A DNA stretch of 63,661 nt, filler included, from Chiloscyllium plagiosum (Eukaryota), in assembly GCF_004010195.1 (NCBI RefSeq). It is 3 parts of one record of this genome, joined end to end, with 100 filler letters (N's around TTAATTAATTAA, not from the genome) between each part and the next. Parts side by side here need not be neighbours in the genome. Positions count along the whole stretch, not along the records: positions 29,411 to 51,132 come from NC_057714.1; 2 more parts are not named here. One strand, 5' to 3'. This document shows, piece by piece, positions 36,030 to 48,215 of this stretch (position 1 is its first letter; the number at the start of each line of letters is the position of its first letter). The position numbers were made by a program, and so were the translations under genes. The notes under the pieces are model-generated. The model did not search any database. It was not told the DNA's origin and saw only the letters and a program-made list of their open reading frames with translations.

Positions 36030-37560
36030 GCTATAGCGAGATGGAGGCCATTAGCTCCATCATGTCTCTGCTGATTTTCTGAAGGAGCAGCTTACTTGGC
36101 TTCACGTCTCTACCTTTTAACTGTGACCCTTTATGTTCTTCCTTTGCAGATGATAACCCAATTCCCTATTTGAAGCCTTGATTGATCCTGCCTCCATCAC
36201 ACTTTCAAACAGTACATTCCTTCTTAATGACTTGCTCTGTGTAGAAATTTTCCTCACATCTCTATTACTACTTTTGCAAATTTGCTTAACTCTGTGCCTT
36301 CTACTTTTCAATCCTTCCACCATTTGAAACAGTTTCTCCCTATCAACATTTTCACACCCCTTATCATTTTAAATACCTCTTTCAAGTCTTCTCTCCAATT
36401 TCTCTCAAAGAAAACAGACAGCTTCTGCAATCTAGCTGTGTAACTGGAGATCCTCATCTCTGCAAATGATTCCTGTTAATCCTTCCTGTATCCTTTCTAA
36501 TGCTTTCACATTCTTTCTAAATTTGGTGCCCAGAACTAAATCTGATACTTAGGTTGAGGCTGTGTGAGGGTTTAACTTAACTTCCTTACTTTTGCACTCT
36601 ATGCTTCAAATGCTAAAGCCCAGAATGCTGTGTGCTTTATTAATCATTTCTCAACTTGTTTTGCCACCTTCAGTGGTTGAGGTGCATATACACTCAGGTC
36701 CCTCTCCCAATAAAAATGAATCATTTTATGCTCATCTGCGTTAAATTTCAACTGCCTCTTGTCTGGACTCTCCACCAATCTGTCTATGTTCTTTCAAAGT
36801 TCTACACTACCCTCTTCATTGTTACAAAACCTCCAAGCATTGTATTGTCTACAAATTCTGAAATTGTACCTGTACATCAAGATTTATGTTATATCATTTT
36901 GTATATCAGAAATAGCAAATATGTTCTCACAATAACCTCTGGAAAACATTTTGATCCAATCTAAAAGCAAAATGCTGCTTTCTGTAACTCAATTTTTTTC
37001 CCATTGTTCTTATTGTCCTTTTTATTACCTGACCTCTGACTATACTCATGAGTTTTTTTTCCCTTTTCAACCTTCTTTTGCAATCCCATGTGTAAATATC
37101 AACATTATCCTATCTACTCTCTCTGTTGGTTCATCAAAAAACTTTAATCAGTTTGTTAAACTTGCTTAAAATTGTTATTTTGTCCTGAAGAATGTTTCTA
37201 AAACATTCCCCACCACCAACGTTTAACTTTTTATCTTTAGACCTTTTGTTGATCTAGAATCATACTGTTGTAGAAAATTCTCCTGTCACACTCTAGGCAC
37301 TCTTGTCTCAGTGCTCTTCACACTTCTATCCCTAATGATATGTTGATAATTAAGGTCCTCCATTATATTCGATAATTCTTGAAAGTCTCTAATTTTGTGC
37401 AAACTTGTTCCTTCATATCTTGTTAGTGATTTATGTACTGAGCAATGTAATTCCAGCTTTCTTTCTTTACCTTTGGTCAAGTAGTCTGTTCTTGATCCAA
37501 CTGGGGCATCCGCCATTTCCAGGACTCGATTAGCATTAACTCCCACTCCCATCTCTCTCT
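36030..37560 (-). mobile_element. Highly degenerate CR1 relic
   Basis: 3' end signature cctgcctccatcacactttcaaacagtacattcc and eroded RT-like sequence. Confidence 0.6.
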
Positions 37561-37612
37561 ACTTTTCAACGCTTTCCTATTTTTCCTAAGCAGCATGGTC
37601 AGGATTCAATGC

Positions 37613-37815
37613 CCCAGTGACTTTAGTGCGGGTTTGGGAGTGGGGGAGCAGCATTTAACCAGGTGAAATTGTCTTGATTTGCGATGCCACCCAGACTACT
37701 CTCCTACGAACCTGACCTTGAGAATTTTTTAAAACACCCAGTGACTTTAGTGCGGGTTTGGGAGTGGGGGAGCAGCATTTAACCAGGTGAAATTGTCTTG
37801 ATTTGCGATGCCACC
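37613..37815 (+). repeat. Perfect 79-bp direct repeat with 45-bp spacer
   Basis: cccagtgactttagtgcggg...gcgatgccacc at 37613-37691 and 37737-37815. Confidence 0.95.
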
Positions 37816-39403
37816 ACCTTCTCAACACCATCCTGACTTGGAGCAAAACGAGAAAGCCTGCAGAAGGCCTTCCTGTCCCACTACCAATTGAGCCTCTTAA
37901 GTGGGCAATTAAGGGCAACCATCTGCGCTGCTAGTATTAATCTAGCAGTGAGTGAGCAGCCTACCATTTGGGCTGCTTGACAAACAGACCCATCCTGCAG
38001 ACTCACATGGGAGTTGGGGTCTGTCATTCAATGGCTCTCCTTTCCTAATTACTGGCATGATGAAAGTGGGGAGTCCACTGAGAGACACTTACCTTGCATT
38101 TGTTGCTGATTCACGCCACTCAATGCCTACCCCCGCAGTGCCCCACCCTGTGAAGCCACTTCCTCCATGACTCACCTATGGATGATCTTTGGCCCTGAGT
38201 GTGTCATACCAGCAGCAGTCACTGCTTCCCTACCTAGGAATATTTAACACCCAGTCCTTCCCTCTTTGAGTCAGGTCTCTGCTATTGCCACAGCAAAATA
38301 TTTACACATTGCTAACTATGCCTGCAACCCACCTCTCTTACTTAGCACATACCATGCAGTCGTATGCATACACAGTAAACTGAATTAGACTTTATTACTT
38401 TGCTTTTATGCTGAACTCAACCCAAACTTAAGGCAAACAGCAATTGTTGGAGAACCCCAACAAATCAGTATTACTGAAAACAGCATTAACATTTTGAGTC
38501 CAGTGACCCTTCTTCAGGCCTAATAATTTACTGGTTTCTGAATTGGTGCCAGAATTCTGAAAACACCTTGAAGCAGAGTCTCTGAATATTTCTAAGGAAT
38601 AAGTGAATAGACTTTTGGTGAGCAAGTGGGTGAGAGGTTTTGTGAGAATAGGCAAAATGTGAATTTGTGATTACAATCATATCAGCCATGATCTTCTTCA
38701 ATGTGGAGAGATTTGTGTCTCACCCTGCTTCTTGTTTATATGTTCATTTATTCATATGCATATTGTTATTCCTGCCTAATGTTATCTCACCAGGTTCCCT
38801 TGACCTTGCCAAGTGAGTTTAAGGAAGCAATGGGCAAATGACACTTGGTGCAAATTTAACCACAGACTGGCATGGATGTTCAAAACTTTGCAACTATGAA
38901 TGGCTGTGCAGTTGGTGTGAAGGATTCAAAATTAACACAGGGTGGGTGCATGGGAGTGAAGGTGAAGGGATAGGTAAAGTTCAGAAATAATGATTGTGGG
39001 ATAACAAACGATAAAACATATTTTGTAGAAGCTGGAATCTTTGGATGATGTGAGGTGGACAAGGAATAAAGTAGAAAAACAGATTATGAATGGAACTATT
39101 CTTTTTTTAAGTAAGCTATTACTGCAGAGTGTTATTCTATATTTTGTTGCTGGATTCGTGCTGCAAGTTTAGCCAGTACTGTAATGTGTCCATCATCAGA
39201 ATATGCTTTTCTCCCTGTGGCAGGGTTACATTCTGCCAGGTGTGATTGTGTCTCAGCACAAGATGAAATGCCCAGTTATTAACAGTTAATATCACTTGTA
39301 GTGATATTGTAGTCAGAACCGGCAACTTTGTTAGAAATGCCATTGGGTTGGAACGTTTGGAACACAAGGCTTGGAATGGAGGGCTTATACTCGATCTGCT
39401 GTA

Positions 39404-39614
39404 ATGGAGCCTCCAGCAGCAGAAAGTGGCAGTGTGGGAGGGTACCAAGTAGGGGAGCTCGAGCAGTTGTACCAGAACCTCCAACAACAAGTGGCAATGT
39501 TGAGGGAGGGCACTGGCACAATACCTGGAGCTGTCAAATGGAAAACTCATGATAGCTGGAGGAAAGAGACCTCTTGGGAAAAGGATAAGTCAGACATGGA
39601 TTCTTCAATCCAAA
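39404..39614 (+). CDS. Candidate coding exon of an unidentified gene (short coiled-coil-like peptide)
   Basis: Non-repeat DNA; strong Kozak gtaATGG; MEPPAAESGSVGGYQVGELEQLYQNLQQQVAMLREG...; possible donor AAA|gtaaac after 39614 and upstream acceptor ttttctccctgtggcag at 39223. Confidence 0.3.
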
Positions 39615-40137
39615 GTAAACCACAGGCCTCATTCCATGAAAATATTGAACATATTTACTTTTTTTAACTTGATCTCCTTTTTTGTTTGTCATAACCTGAT
39701 GCTAGCCTAATAAAGAATATTTGCTTCATGATCTTTAGGCCCTCCATTTGTTAAATCTCATGTTGTTTGTTAAAGCTTCATATTCTTTTCAAATGGCAGC
39801 ACACCAAATAAACTGGAGGACTCCTGTCCTCCCTAGATCACAATCAGGAATGCCAACTTTGAATAGTTTTCCTCCTCATTCTCCAAGGCACAGAGCCCCT
39901 GCAGATTGGCTTATTGCAACATAAACCAGGAAGTAAACCTGCAACACTTTCAGTCTGCATACCTCAGCTGACCTCTTTCTCCATTAGTTCATTATCTTCA
40001 TTAGTTTCAAAACTTAATGTTAATTCATTAATTAATGACATCGATAGTGAAGCAACATTCAGTGCTGGGAAGCTTTGGATTCATGTAGTGCCTTTCCCAT
40101 TCCAGCCAGAGATTATTTGCAAAATGTAATCATATCT

Positions 40138-40251
40138 GTAATGTAGGACATCTGGCAGCCAATTTGCACTCAGTAAAGCCTTACCAATATCAATTAAATA
40201 AATGACCAGATAACTACTTTTAATGCCTTAAGTTAAGGGATAAATATTGGC
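40138..40251 (-). mobile_element. Deu-domain SINE relic
   Basis: tgtaatgtaggacatctggcagccaatttgc...aatgaccagataa...gggataaatattggc, homologous to 905-1020. Confidence 0.65.
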
Positions 40252-41164
40252 TGAAGATAAATAGTGAGATCACTGTAGTGTACTTGGCCAATGTAATTAA
40301 TATAATTTTTGTTTTATTATCCCGCCTCAATGGCTATCATTATTCATGTTTGGCGAGGGTAGTGCATATGGTTATATAGTCTGACGAATCAAATAAACAT
40401 TGATTGGCCCATTGATTTTTCTTTTCTTTTTTGATACGTTTCTAAATAATTAGATGCTGCTGGTGAGAACACTTACTTTCTCAACAAAACCCATCATAAT
40501 TTATGTTGATTTCAAGGGAAACAAATTAATCCTCTGGTCAAAAGAGGAAAAAAATGAACACGAAAGGCTTTGAACTTTGCAGAAACAGAAATATTAAATT
40601 ACAAGTAATTTTATTAATTAAACGATGATGTACATATTTTGAAGGAAAAAAACTAGTTCTGCTGTAGGCTTGCTTCCTGTTGTAATGAGTTAATTAGTGG
40701 GTTTTTTTTTTGCAACCATACTATTCAATGTAATGTGGCACCATATTTTAAATGAAAGTTTGTGGATTGATGGCAATGACCAGAAGTTTTAGAGACGACA
40801 GTAACAATAATCACCAGTCAATAAATAGCAACACCCACAAATTAACCTGACTGGAGTCTAAGGATTCCACTGTTCTTAAAGTGTCTGGCTCTGATGTACA
40901 GGTTAAAGTTCTGAAAGAGTTAATGTTCATGTTGCATTCAGCACTACTCAATCTGATCATGTCACACAGTCATCGGTTAGAGACAATTGGGTTCTGTGTG
41001 AGTACCTAAAGGAGCAGACATATTCTGTACATTTCTAAAAAGCCCTTAGTAACTGTGCATGGCTAATAACTTATCGCTGACATGCATAAACTACCTTGCT
41101 GTATAAGACAAGTGCCTGTTCTGTTTAGATTGACCAGGAGTCTATCCCCTCATACTGATAATTA

Positions 41165-41443
41165 TTAGATTAGATTAGATTACTTACAGTTTGGAAACAG
41201 GCCCTTTGGCCCAACAAGTCCACACCGATCCGCCGAAGTGCAACCCACCTAGACCCATTCCCCTACATTTATCCCTTCACCTAACACTATGGGCAATTTA
41301 CCTAACCTGCACATTCTTTGGACTGTGTGAGGAAACCGGAGCACCCAGAGGAAACCCACACAGACACTGGGAGAATGTGCAAACTCCACACAGTCAGTTG
41401 CCTGAGGCGGGAATTGAACCCGGGTCTCTGGTGCTGTGAGGCA
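41165..41443 (-). mobile_element. HE1-type V-SINE
   Basis: (ttaga)n tail, V-domain, gggaattgaacccggg B box; near match to 52868-53180. Confidence 0.92.
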
Positions 41444-42289
41444 GGACCAGACTCAACACAGAGCAAGGGCAATCATTGAGAAGGAATGAACAGTGTCCAC
41501 CTGCATGACAGAGCCCTTCAGGGACTGATGGACACCTCATAGGCTGGAGTGTATCATAACATTGATCAATATTATTTTGATCTAACTTTGGTAAGTTTCC
41601 TTTCTAGTTTTGTACATTTCTCTTGACCTTTAATTTTTTTTTTGTGTTGGTGCCCCACCAGAGCTGTTGAAGATCTTTTAAAAGAGAAGAGAAAGGAGGA
41701 TTAGTGGCAGTGAACAATCCAAACTGAAATGCAACAGGTTAGCAGTGTTGACATCTAAGAAAATAATAATTATTAATACTGAGGTTCTTACATCATCAGA
41801 AGTGCCTGAGATGATTTGCTGTCGCTCCATACTGTAGCCAATTATTATCCTCTGTGCATCAACTGATCAAATTATTGTGTTTCTGGTATTAGGCTTTCCT
41901 TCACAGAAAGTCCAAATGAGCAAAGAAAATATTGCACACAAAATGAGATTTGGAGCTTTAACCAGCCTTTCATTAACTAAAGGTCAATGTCTTTCTGGAC
42001 AGACTTGAACCATCATTAAGCAATGAACCTGTTTGATAATACATGGGCTTGAAACTTTAACATTCAGTCCTTTACGTGGATATTGAAGGCAAAGAGAGTT
42101 TGCACTGGAATCTTTCATTTTGATTTACTTTTCCTAACCTCATCTGATAGCATTGGATTTTTTAAATTGTTAGGAAAAGCATTGAGCAGTTATCCTCAAT
42201 TTAAAATGTATTAAGAGAAGATGGAGAAAATTTAGAAGTACAGAATGTGTCCAGTTAAAAGTCTGAGGAGTTACGAGAACTGATGTATC

Positions 42290-43226
42290 AGGATAGAAAA
42301 TAGAAGTAGGAAACTTCTGTTTTAGTAACTGTACAAGGCATTAGTGAGACCATACTTGGAGTATTGCATACAATTTTGATCCTCTTACTTGAGGAGGGAT
42401 GTAGTTGCATTTGAGACAGTTCAGAGGAGATTCATGAGATTGATTACAGAGATGATGGATTTACCTTATGAAGAGAGATTGAACAGTCTAGGCCTAAGCT
42501 CTCTGGAGTTTAAAAGAATAAGTGGATATCGAATTAAGGTATATAAAATGGTAAATGAGATTGACAAAATATATGTAGAGCAGATGGTTCACCATGCACG
42601 GCAATCTAGAACAAGAAGTCACAGTTTTAGGATAAGAGGTAGTGGATTTAAAACAGAATGAGGAAATATTATATCTCTCAAGGTGTTATGAAACTTTGGA
42701 ATCCATTAGCCTAGTATGCAGCAAATGCTGGGACATTGAGTAAATGTAAAGAAGAGATAGACAGATTTTTAATTAGTAATGGTTAAAGGGTTATGGAGAG
42801 TGGGCAGGAAAGTGTAGTTGAGGCTGAGATGAGAACAGCCATGATCATATTAAATGGCAAAGCAGACTGAAGGGACTCAATTCTGGATTAGTGGTGCTGG
42901 AAGAGCACAGCAGTTCAGGCAGCATCCGAGGAGCAGTAAAATCGATGTTTCGGGCAAAAGCCCTTCATCAGGAATAAAGGCAGAGACCCTGAAGGCTGGA
43001 GAGATAAGCTAGAGGAGGGTGGGGGTGGGGAGAAAGTAGCATAGTGTAAATGACCTGGGAGTTGCAGTGGGAGAGGGATAACATCAATTTTATTGCTCCT
43101 CGGATGCTGCCTGAACTGCTGTGCTCTTCCAGCACCACTAATCCAGAATCTGGTTTCCAGCGTCTGCAGTCATTGTTTTTACCTGAAGGGGCTCAATTGC
43201 CTAATCCTGCTCCTAGTTCTTATGTT
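42290..43226 (+). mobile_element. CR1 3' fragment split by a PLE insert
   Basis: RRDVVAFETVQRRFMRLI...LGLSSLEF; the 3'UTR resumes after the TSD (cctaatcctgctcctagttcttatgttc). Confidence 0.85.
42883..43182. mobile_element. Fold-back PLE-derived insert (family B), ~16-bp TSD, hammerhead on minus strand at 42941-42974
   Basis: ctgaagggactcaatt (42867-42882) and ctgaaggggctcaatt (43183-43198); ~70-bp inverted arms; minus strand reads ctgatgaagggcttttgcccgaaacatcg. Confidence 0.88.
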
Positions 43227-43484
43227 CAAAAGAATTCTTTAATTGGAGATTCTGAGAAAAAACTAGTTTGTGTCAGGTTGGGTGATTGGGTGTTATTGTG
43301 GCTGAGTGGTCTCTGGATGTTTGAGTAAGATTCCAGTTTTGATGAATGCATGAGCTTGAATGGCACCATTAACAGGATTTAAGCCATCTTGTTATTCTAG
43401 CATGTGGGCTGAATGGCCTGTTCCAGTACCACATGTCCAACTTAAGGTTGCTTTGGAAAGGATGCATACAAATTTCAATGGTAG

Positions 43485-43651
43485 CCATGATGTGGAGGAG
43501 CAGGTGTTGGACTGGGGTGGACAAAGTTAAAAATCACACAACACCAGGTTATAGTCTAACTGGTTTATTTGGAAGTACTACCTTTTGGAGTGCAACCACC
43601 TGATGAAGGATCAGCGCTCTGAATGCTGATGCTTCCAAATGAACCTGCTGG
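43485..43651. mobile_element. Older fold-back PLE-derived insert (family A), mutated hammerhead
   Basis: Same layout as 24031-24217; acaaatttca on both flanks (43468-43477, 43652-43661). Confidence 0.75.
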
Positions 43652-43854
43652 ACAAATTTCAGGGCAGTGATTGTGTAAGATCACTCCAGCCCCCTTGCTG
43701 TTCACTGGTTGTGGAAGGTCACATATTCTCTCTCCACAGATAACTGGGTGTGAACATAAGCACAGGATTGGATGTTATGATGTATGTTCATATGGCCAAA
43801 CGCTCCCATTCAATCCCACTTTGGTACTGTTTTGTCAGTATCTGAAGCTACTGT

Positions 43855-44222
43855 GAATTGAATTGAATTGAATTTATTGTCACGTGTACCGAGACACAGT
43901 GAAAAGGTTTGTCTTGCGAGCAATACAGGCAGACCACATAGCTAAGTAGCATTGATAAGTAAATAATAAATAAACAGTGGCAAAAACAAAAACACAGTTA
44001 CAGAATGTCAAGAGTTTGTGAGTCCATTCAGAATTCTAACAACAGTAGGGTAAAAACTGTTTTGAAATGGGTTGGTACATGTGTTCAGGCTTCTGTACCT
44101 TCTCACTGATGTTGAGGTTGTAGAAAAACATTGCCAGGGTGGGATGAATCGTTGAGAATGCTGGCAGCCTTTCCTTGACAGCTGGCCTGGGTAGATGGAT
44201 TCTATAGATTCTATACTGTGCA
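43855..44222 (-). mobile_element. Rex1/Babar non-LTR 3' fragment
   Basis: RRYRSLNTCTNPFQNSFYPTVVRILN; (ttcaa)n tail; homologous to 49341-49700. Confidence 0.88.
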
Positions 44223-46647
44223 GTTGATATTCGACTAAATGTAGCATTGGCTGCAGTGATCATCAGGCCCAGCCTGTGACCAACAATAATCCCTCTTACA
44301 ACCTCCCCTAATGTATCACAATCCCTGTTTGCCTGAGATCCTGTGAGCCAACTCTGAATGACCAACCAATCTCAGACTAATGTTGCTTGACTTCCATTTC
44401 CCATTTTGGACCACTAGTCTGCACTTCCACAGGATCCTGACAAGCATCTCGTTCATAGGTCAAGCAATTGACGATCAATATTTGTCCCCCTATCTTCACA
44501 AGATTTGGTTATTGAGTCAGATCTAACAGCAACTTTACTCCACCTCAGTTCCATAGTCATCAAATAAAAGGTACACAACAACGGATCTTTGCAGCTCAGT
44601 TTGTGACAGTTCTGATGGCATAAATTCAACAGAATCAGATTCATATAACCATTCCATTCCACTCCATTACATGATATAGCTGGTTCTGGTAAAACTGAAG
44701 CAGTAACTGTAACTTTATTTTCCCAGCCTTGCTACTAGGTGAAATCTTCACTTTTGATTATTTACCTATTCCTGGCAGTGGCATATCGATATTGTCACTG
44801 GACTAGCAATCCTGAGACTCAGGCTAATGCTCCCAATTTTCCCTTATCTTGATGGGGGAAAATGCTCGAAATATAAAAAGTAGACCTAGACTGCTAGTCC
44901 TGTATGACGAACATAAAGTACTATTAAATATGACACTGGTATCAGGGGTCCTTGGTTATCCTAATAATGGCAAGGTTCATCTGCCTATGATGAGTGAGAG
45001 AATACAGTGAGCCGGATGTTTCAAAAACATGGCACATAAATAATGAGGCAAGTTTGGGATGACAGCATGAGATGATGCACTCTGCTTCATGGAAATAAAA
45101 CCTCCATGAAATTCACCGAAAAGGACACCGAGCTGAATTCAAGTAAGATTCAGTCCTTAGAGGGGACATGGATGTTCTATTTTGAATCACAGTAAAGCAA
45201 ACAGCAAATGTAAAGGATTAACATTTCATGGGGCCATGAACGGTAAGAGGTGGTAACTGCTATTTAGATGAGAGACAGACATGCAAAAATTGTTTTCCAG
45301 AATAATTATAAGCATCAACACTTTCACTAAAGCATTGGAACATGGAAATTCATCTACTGCAGTACATGTTCGGTAACTAGGTTAATGACAGGTTTTTTGC
45401 ATTCCCAGACCTTACATTATCTTTCCTATGTCCATATTTCTGGAGCTTATTCTGCATCATTGACTTTCATCGCTTTCAAGTTATTTTCGCTTTAAACCTA
45501 TTATAGCTCCTGGATTAATCTGTGAGTTGATGTTTGTTAGAACAGCTTCATTCTATTAATTTTTACAGATTCTAAACATTAAAGTTCATTAGGTGACTAG
45601 AAATATTGAACTGATTTGATCAGTATGATTTAATGCAGAAGGCAATGAGAGATATCCAAACGAGATATACCTTAATCAACCATATCCCAGTGCAATATGT
45701 AGCTAATTAATTTGTTGCGAATAAATCTAACACTTTTATTACTTCTGTCAAAAGTCATAGACAAATGACCCTTTGACCATGTACTGACAATCACATGGCC
45801 ATTGTTTTTGCCTAACTGTACAAATCCTGTTGTCCTATTTGAATTAATGTCTGCTAACAAGCAATTACATTGGCAAATAAAAACAGTCCAGTTTAACCTT
45901 TTCTCTCACCATAGTAGCTGCTCCTTCGAACAGCTGTGTAATATTATTGCAAGAAAAACAACAAGTGTGAGCAGGCAATCATACTACAGAGCTCTATCTC
46001 TGAGGTTACTCTCTAATTTAAGATATAGACTCATACTTACCATTATGTATGTTAATTTTCATTACTGCAATTTTCACATTACATTCATTTCCATGATGTT
46101 TCCCAAACACTTTAATCTAATGTACTTCTGCACTGACATCAAGCATAATGACCTACCCCACTGTTAAACTTGCGAGGTTAAAGGTCTTGAATGCTCTGGA
46201 GCAGAAAATCAATTTTAAAAAATTCTGTGCTGATAAGAGCTTACCGCTAGTGAATAACAGTGATGTTAGCAACGAAGGGTGCAAGGTAACCTGTATTTCT
46301 TGTATTAATTAAATCTACGACTGAGGGTGTTCTTGCCTTTCTATATGATGGATGAAAAGGGAACAGTGCCAGAGGAAGGACAAGAGCAGGAACATGCAGC
46401 CCTGCAGCTACGCGTAGACTGGAAATAATGAATATAAATATTTCATTGAAACTCCCCCACCTGTAAATACTGTGAAAATGAGAGTTATAGTCTTCTTAGA
46501 ATAGGCAAGTAATTTAGAAAAGACCATTTGAAACAAAGAAACTGAACAGTCATACACAGAGGTTGCAGTTGTCTTTCACACTAATGTTTAGGAAATTTGG
46601 TCAACTCTCAATAATTCTGCATCTTAGACCCATTTATTTTCTGGAAT

Positions 46648-48215
46648 AGTCATAGAGATCTACAGCATGGAAACAGACCATTCAGTCCAACCTATCCATC
46701 CTGACCAGTTATCCCAACCCAATCTACTCCCACCTGCCAGCACACAGTCCACATCCCTCCAAACCCTTCCTATTCATATACCCATCCAAATGCCTCATAA
46801 ATGTTGCAATTGTACCAGCCTCCACCACGTTCTCTAGCAGCTCATTCCATGCACGTATCACACTCTGTGTGAAAATGTTACCCCGAGGTCTCTTTTATAT
46901 CTTTCCCCTCTCACCCTAAACCTATGCCCTCTAGTTCTGGACTCCCCAACCCCAGGGAAAAGACTTTGCCTACTTACCCTATCCATGCCCCTCATAATTT
47001 TGTAAACCTCTATAAGGTCACCCCTCAGCCTCCAACGCTCCAGGGAAAACAGCCCCAGCCTGATCAGCCTCTTCCTATAGCTCAAATCCTCCAACCCTGG
47101 CAACATTCTTGTAAATCTTTTCTGAACCCTTTCAGGTTTCACAACATCTTTCTGATAGGAAGGAGACTAGAATTGCTCACAATATTCCAACAGTGGCCTA
47201 ACCAACGTCCTGTACAGCCACAACATGACCTCCCAACTCCTTGACACCGTCCTGTACCCCTTAGTCCAAGAACTCCCCACCTACATTCGGGACACCACCC
47301 ATGCCCTCCACCTGCTCCATGATTTTCGTTTCCCCGGTCCCCAACGCCTTATTTTCACCATGGACATCCAGTCCCTGTACACCTCCATCCACCATCACGA
47401 AGGACTCAAAGCCCTCCGCTTCTTCCTTTCCCGCCATACCAACCAGTACCCTTCCACTGACACCCTCCTCCGACTGACTGAACTGGTCCTCACCCTGAAC
47501 AACTTCTCTTTCCAATCCTCCCACTTCCTCCAAACGAAAGGAGTAGCCATGGGCACCCGCATGGGCCCCAGCTATGCCTGCCTCTTCGTAGGATATATGG
47601 AACAATCCATCTTCCGCAACTACACTGCCCCCACCCCCCATCTTTTCCTTCGCTACATTGATGACTGTATCGGCGCGACCTCGTGCTCCCACGAGGAGGT
47701 TGAACAGTTCATCCACTACACTAACACCTTCCACCCCAACCTCAAATTCACCTGGACAGTCTCGAACTCCTCCCTCCCCTTCCTAGACCTTTCCATTTCT
47801 ATCTCGGGCGANNNNNNNNNNNNNNNNNNNNNNNNNNNNNNNNNNNNNNNNNNNNNNNNNNNNNNNNNNNNNNNNNNNNNNNNNNNNNNNNNNNNNNNNN
47901 NNNNNNNNNNNNNNNNNNNNNNNNNNNNNNNNNNNNNNNNNNNNNNNNNNGCTATGAACCTGCACTCCAAGGTCTCTTTGTTCAGCAACACTCCCTAGGA
48001 CCTTACCATTAAGTGTGTAAGTCCTGCTTAGATTTACTTTCCCAAAATGCAGCACCTCACATTTATCTGAATTAAACTCCATTTGCCACTTCTCTGCCCA
48101 TTGGCCCATCTGGTCCAGATCCTGTTGTAATCTGAGGTAACCCTCTTCGCTGTCCACTACACCTCCAATTTTGGTGTCATCTGCAAACTTACTAACTGTA
48201 CTTCTTATGCCCACA
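46648..48215 (-). mobile_element. CR1 3' fragment interrupted by PLE RT and N gap 47812-47950
   Basis: ERVQKRFTRMLPGLEDLSY (46858-47142) and KFADDTKIGGVVDSEEGYLRLQQDLD (47951-48214). Confidence 0.92.
47241..47811 (+). mobile_element. PLE reverse transcriptase fragment (open frame)
   Basis: LPTYIRDT, TMDIQSLYTSI, NNFSF, QTKGVAMGTRMGPSYACLF, RYIDD, FLDLSI; no stop codon up to the gap. Confidence 0.93.

Noticed and set aside
39815..39832. Hairpin ggaggac-tcct-gtcctcc
   Set aside because: A single 7-bp stem is expected by chance in 64 kb
47225..47998. 257-aa ORF as a single gene
   Set aside because: Chimeric read-through of antisense CR1, PLE RT and an N gap
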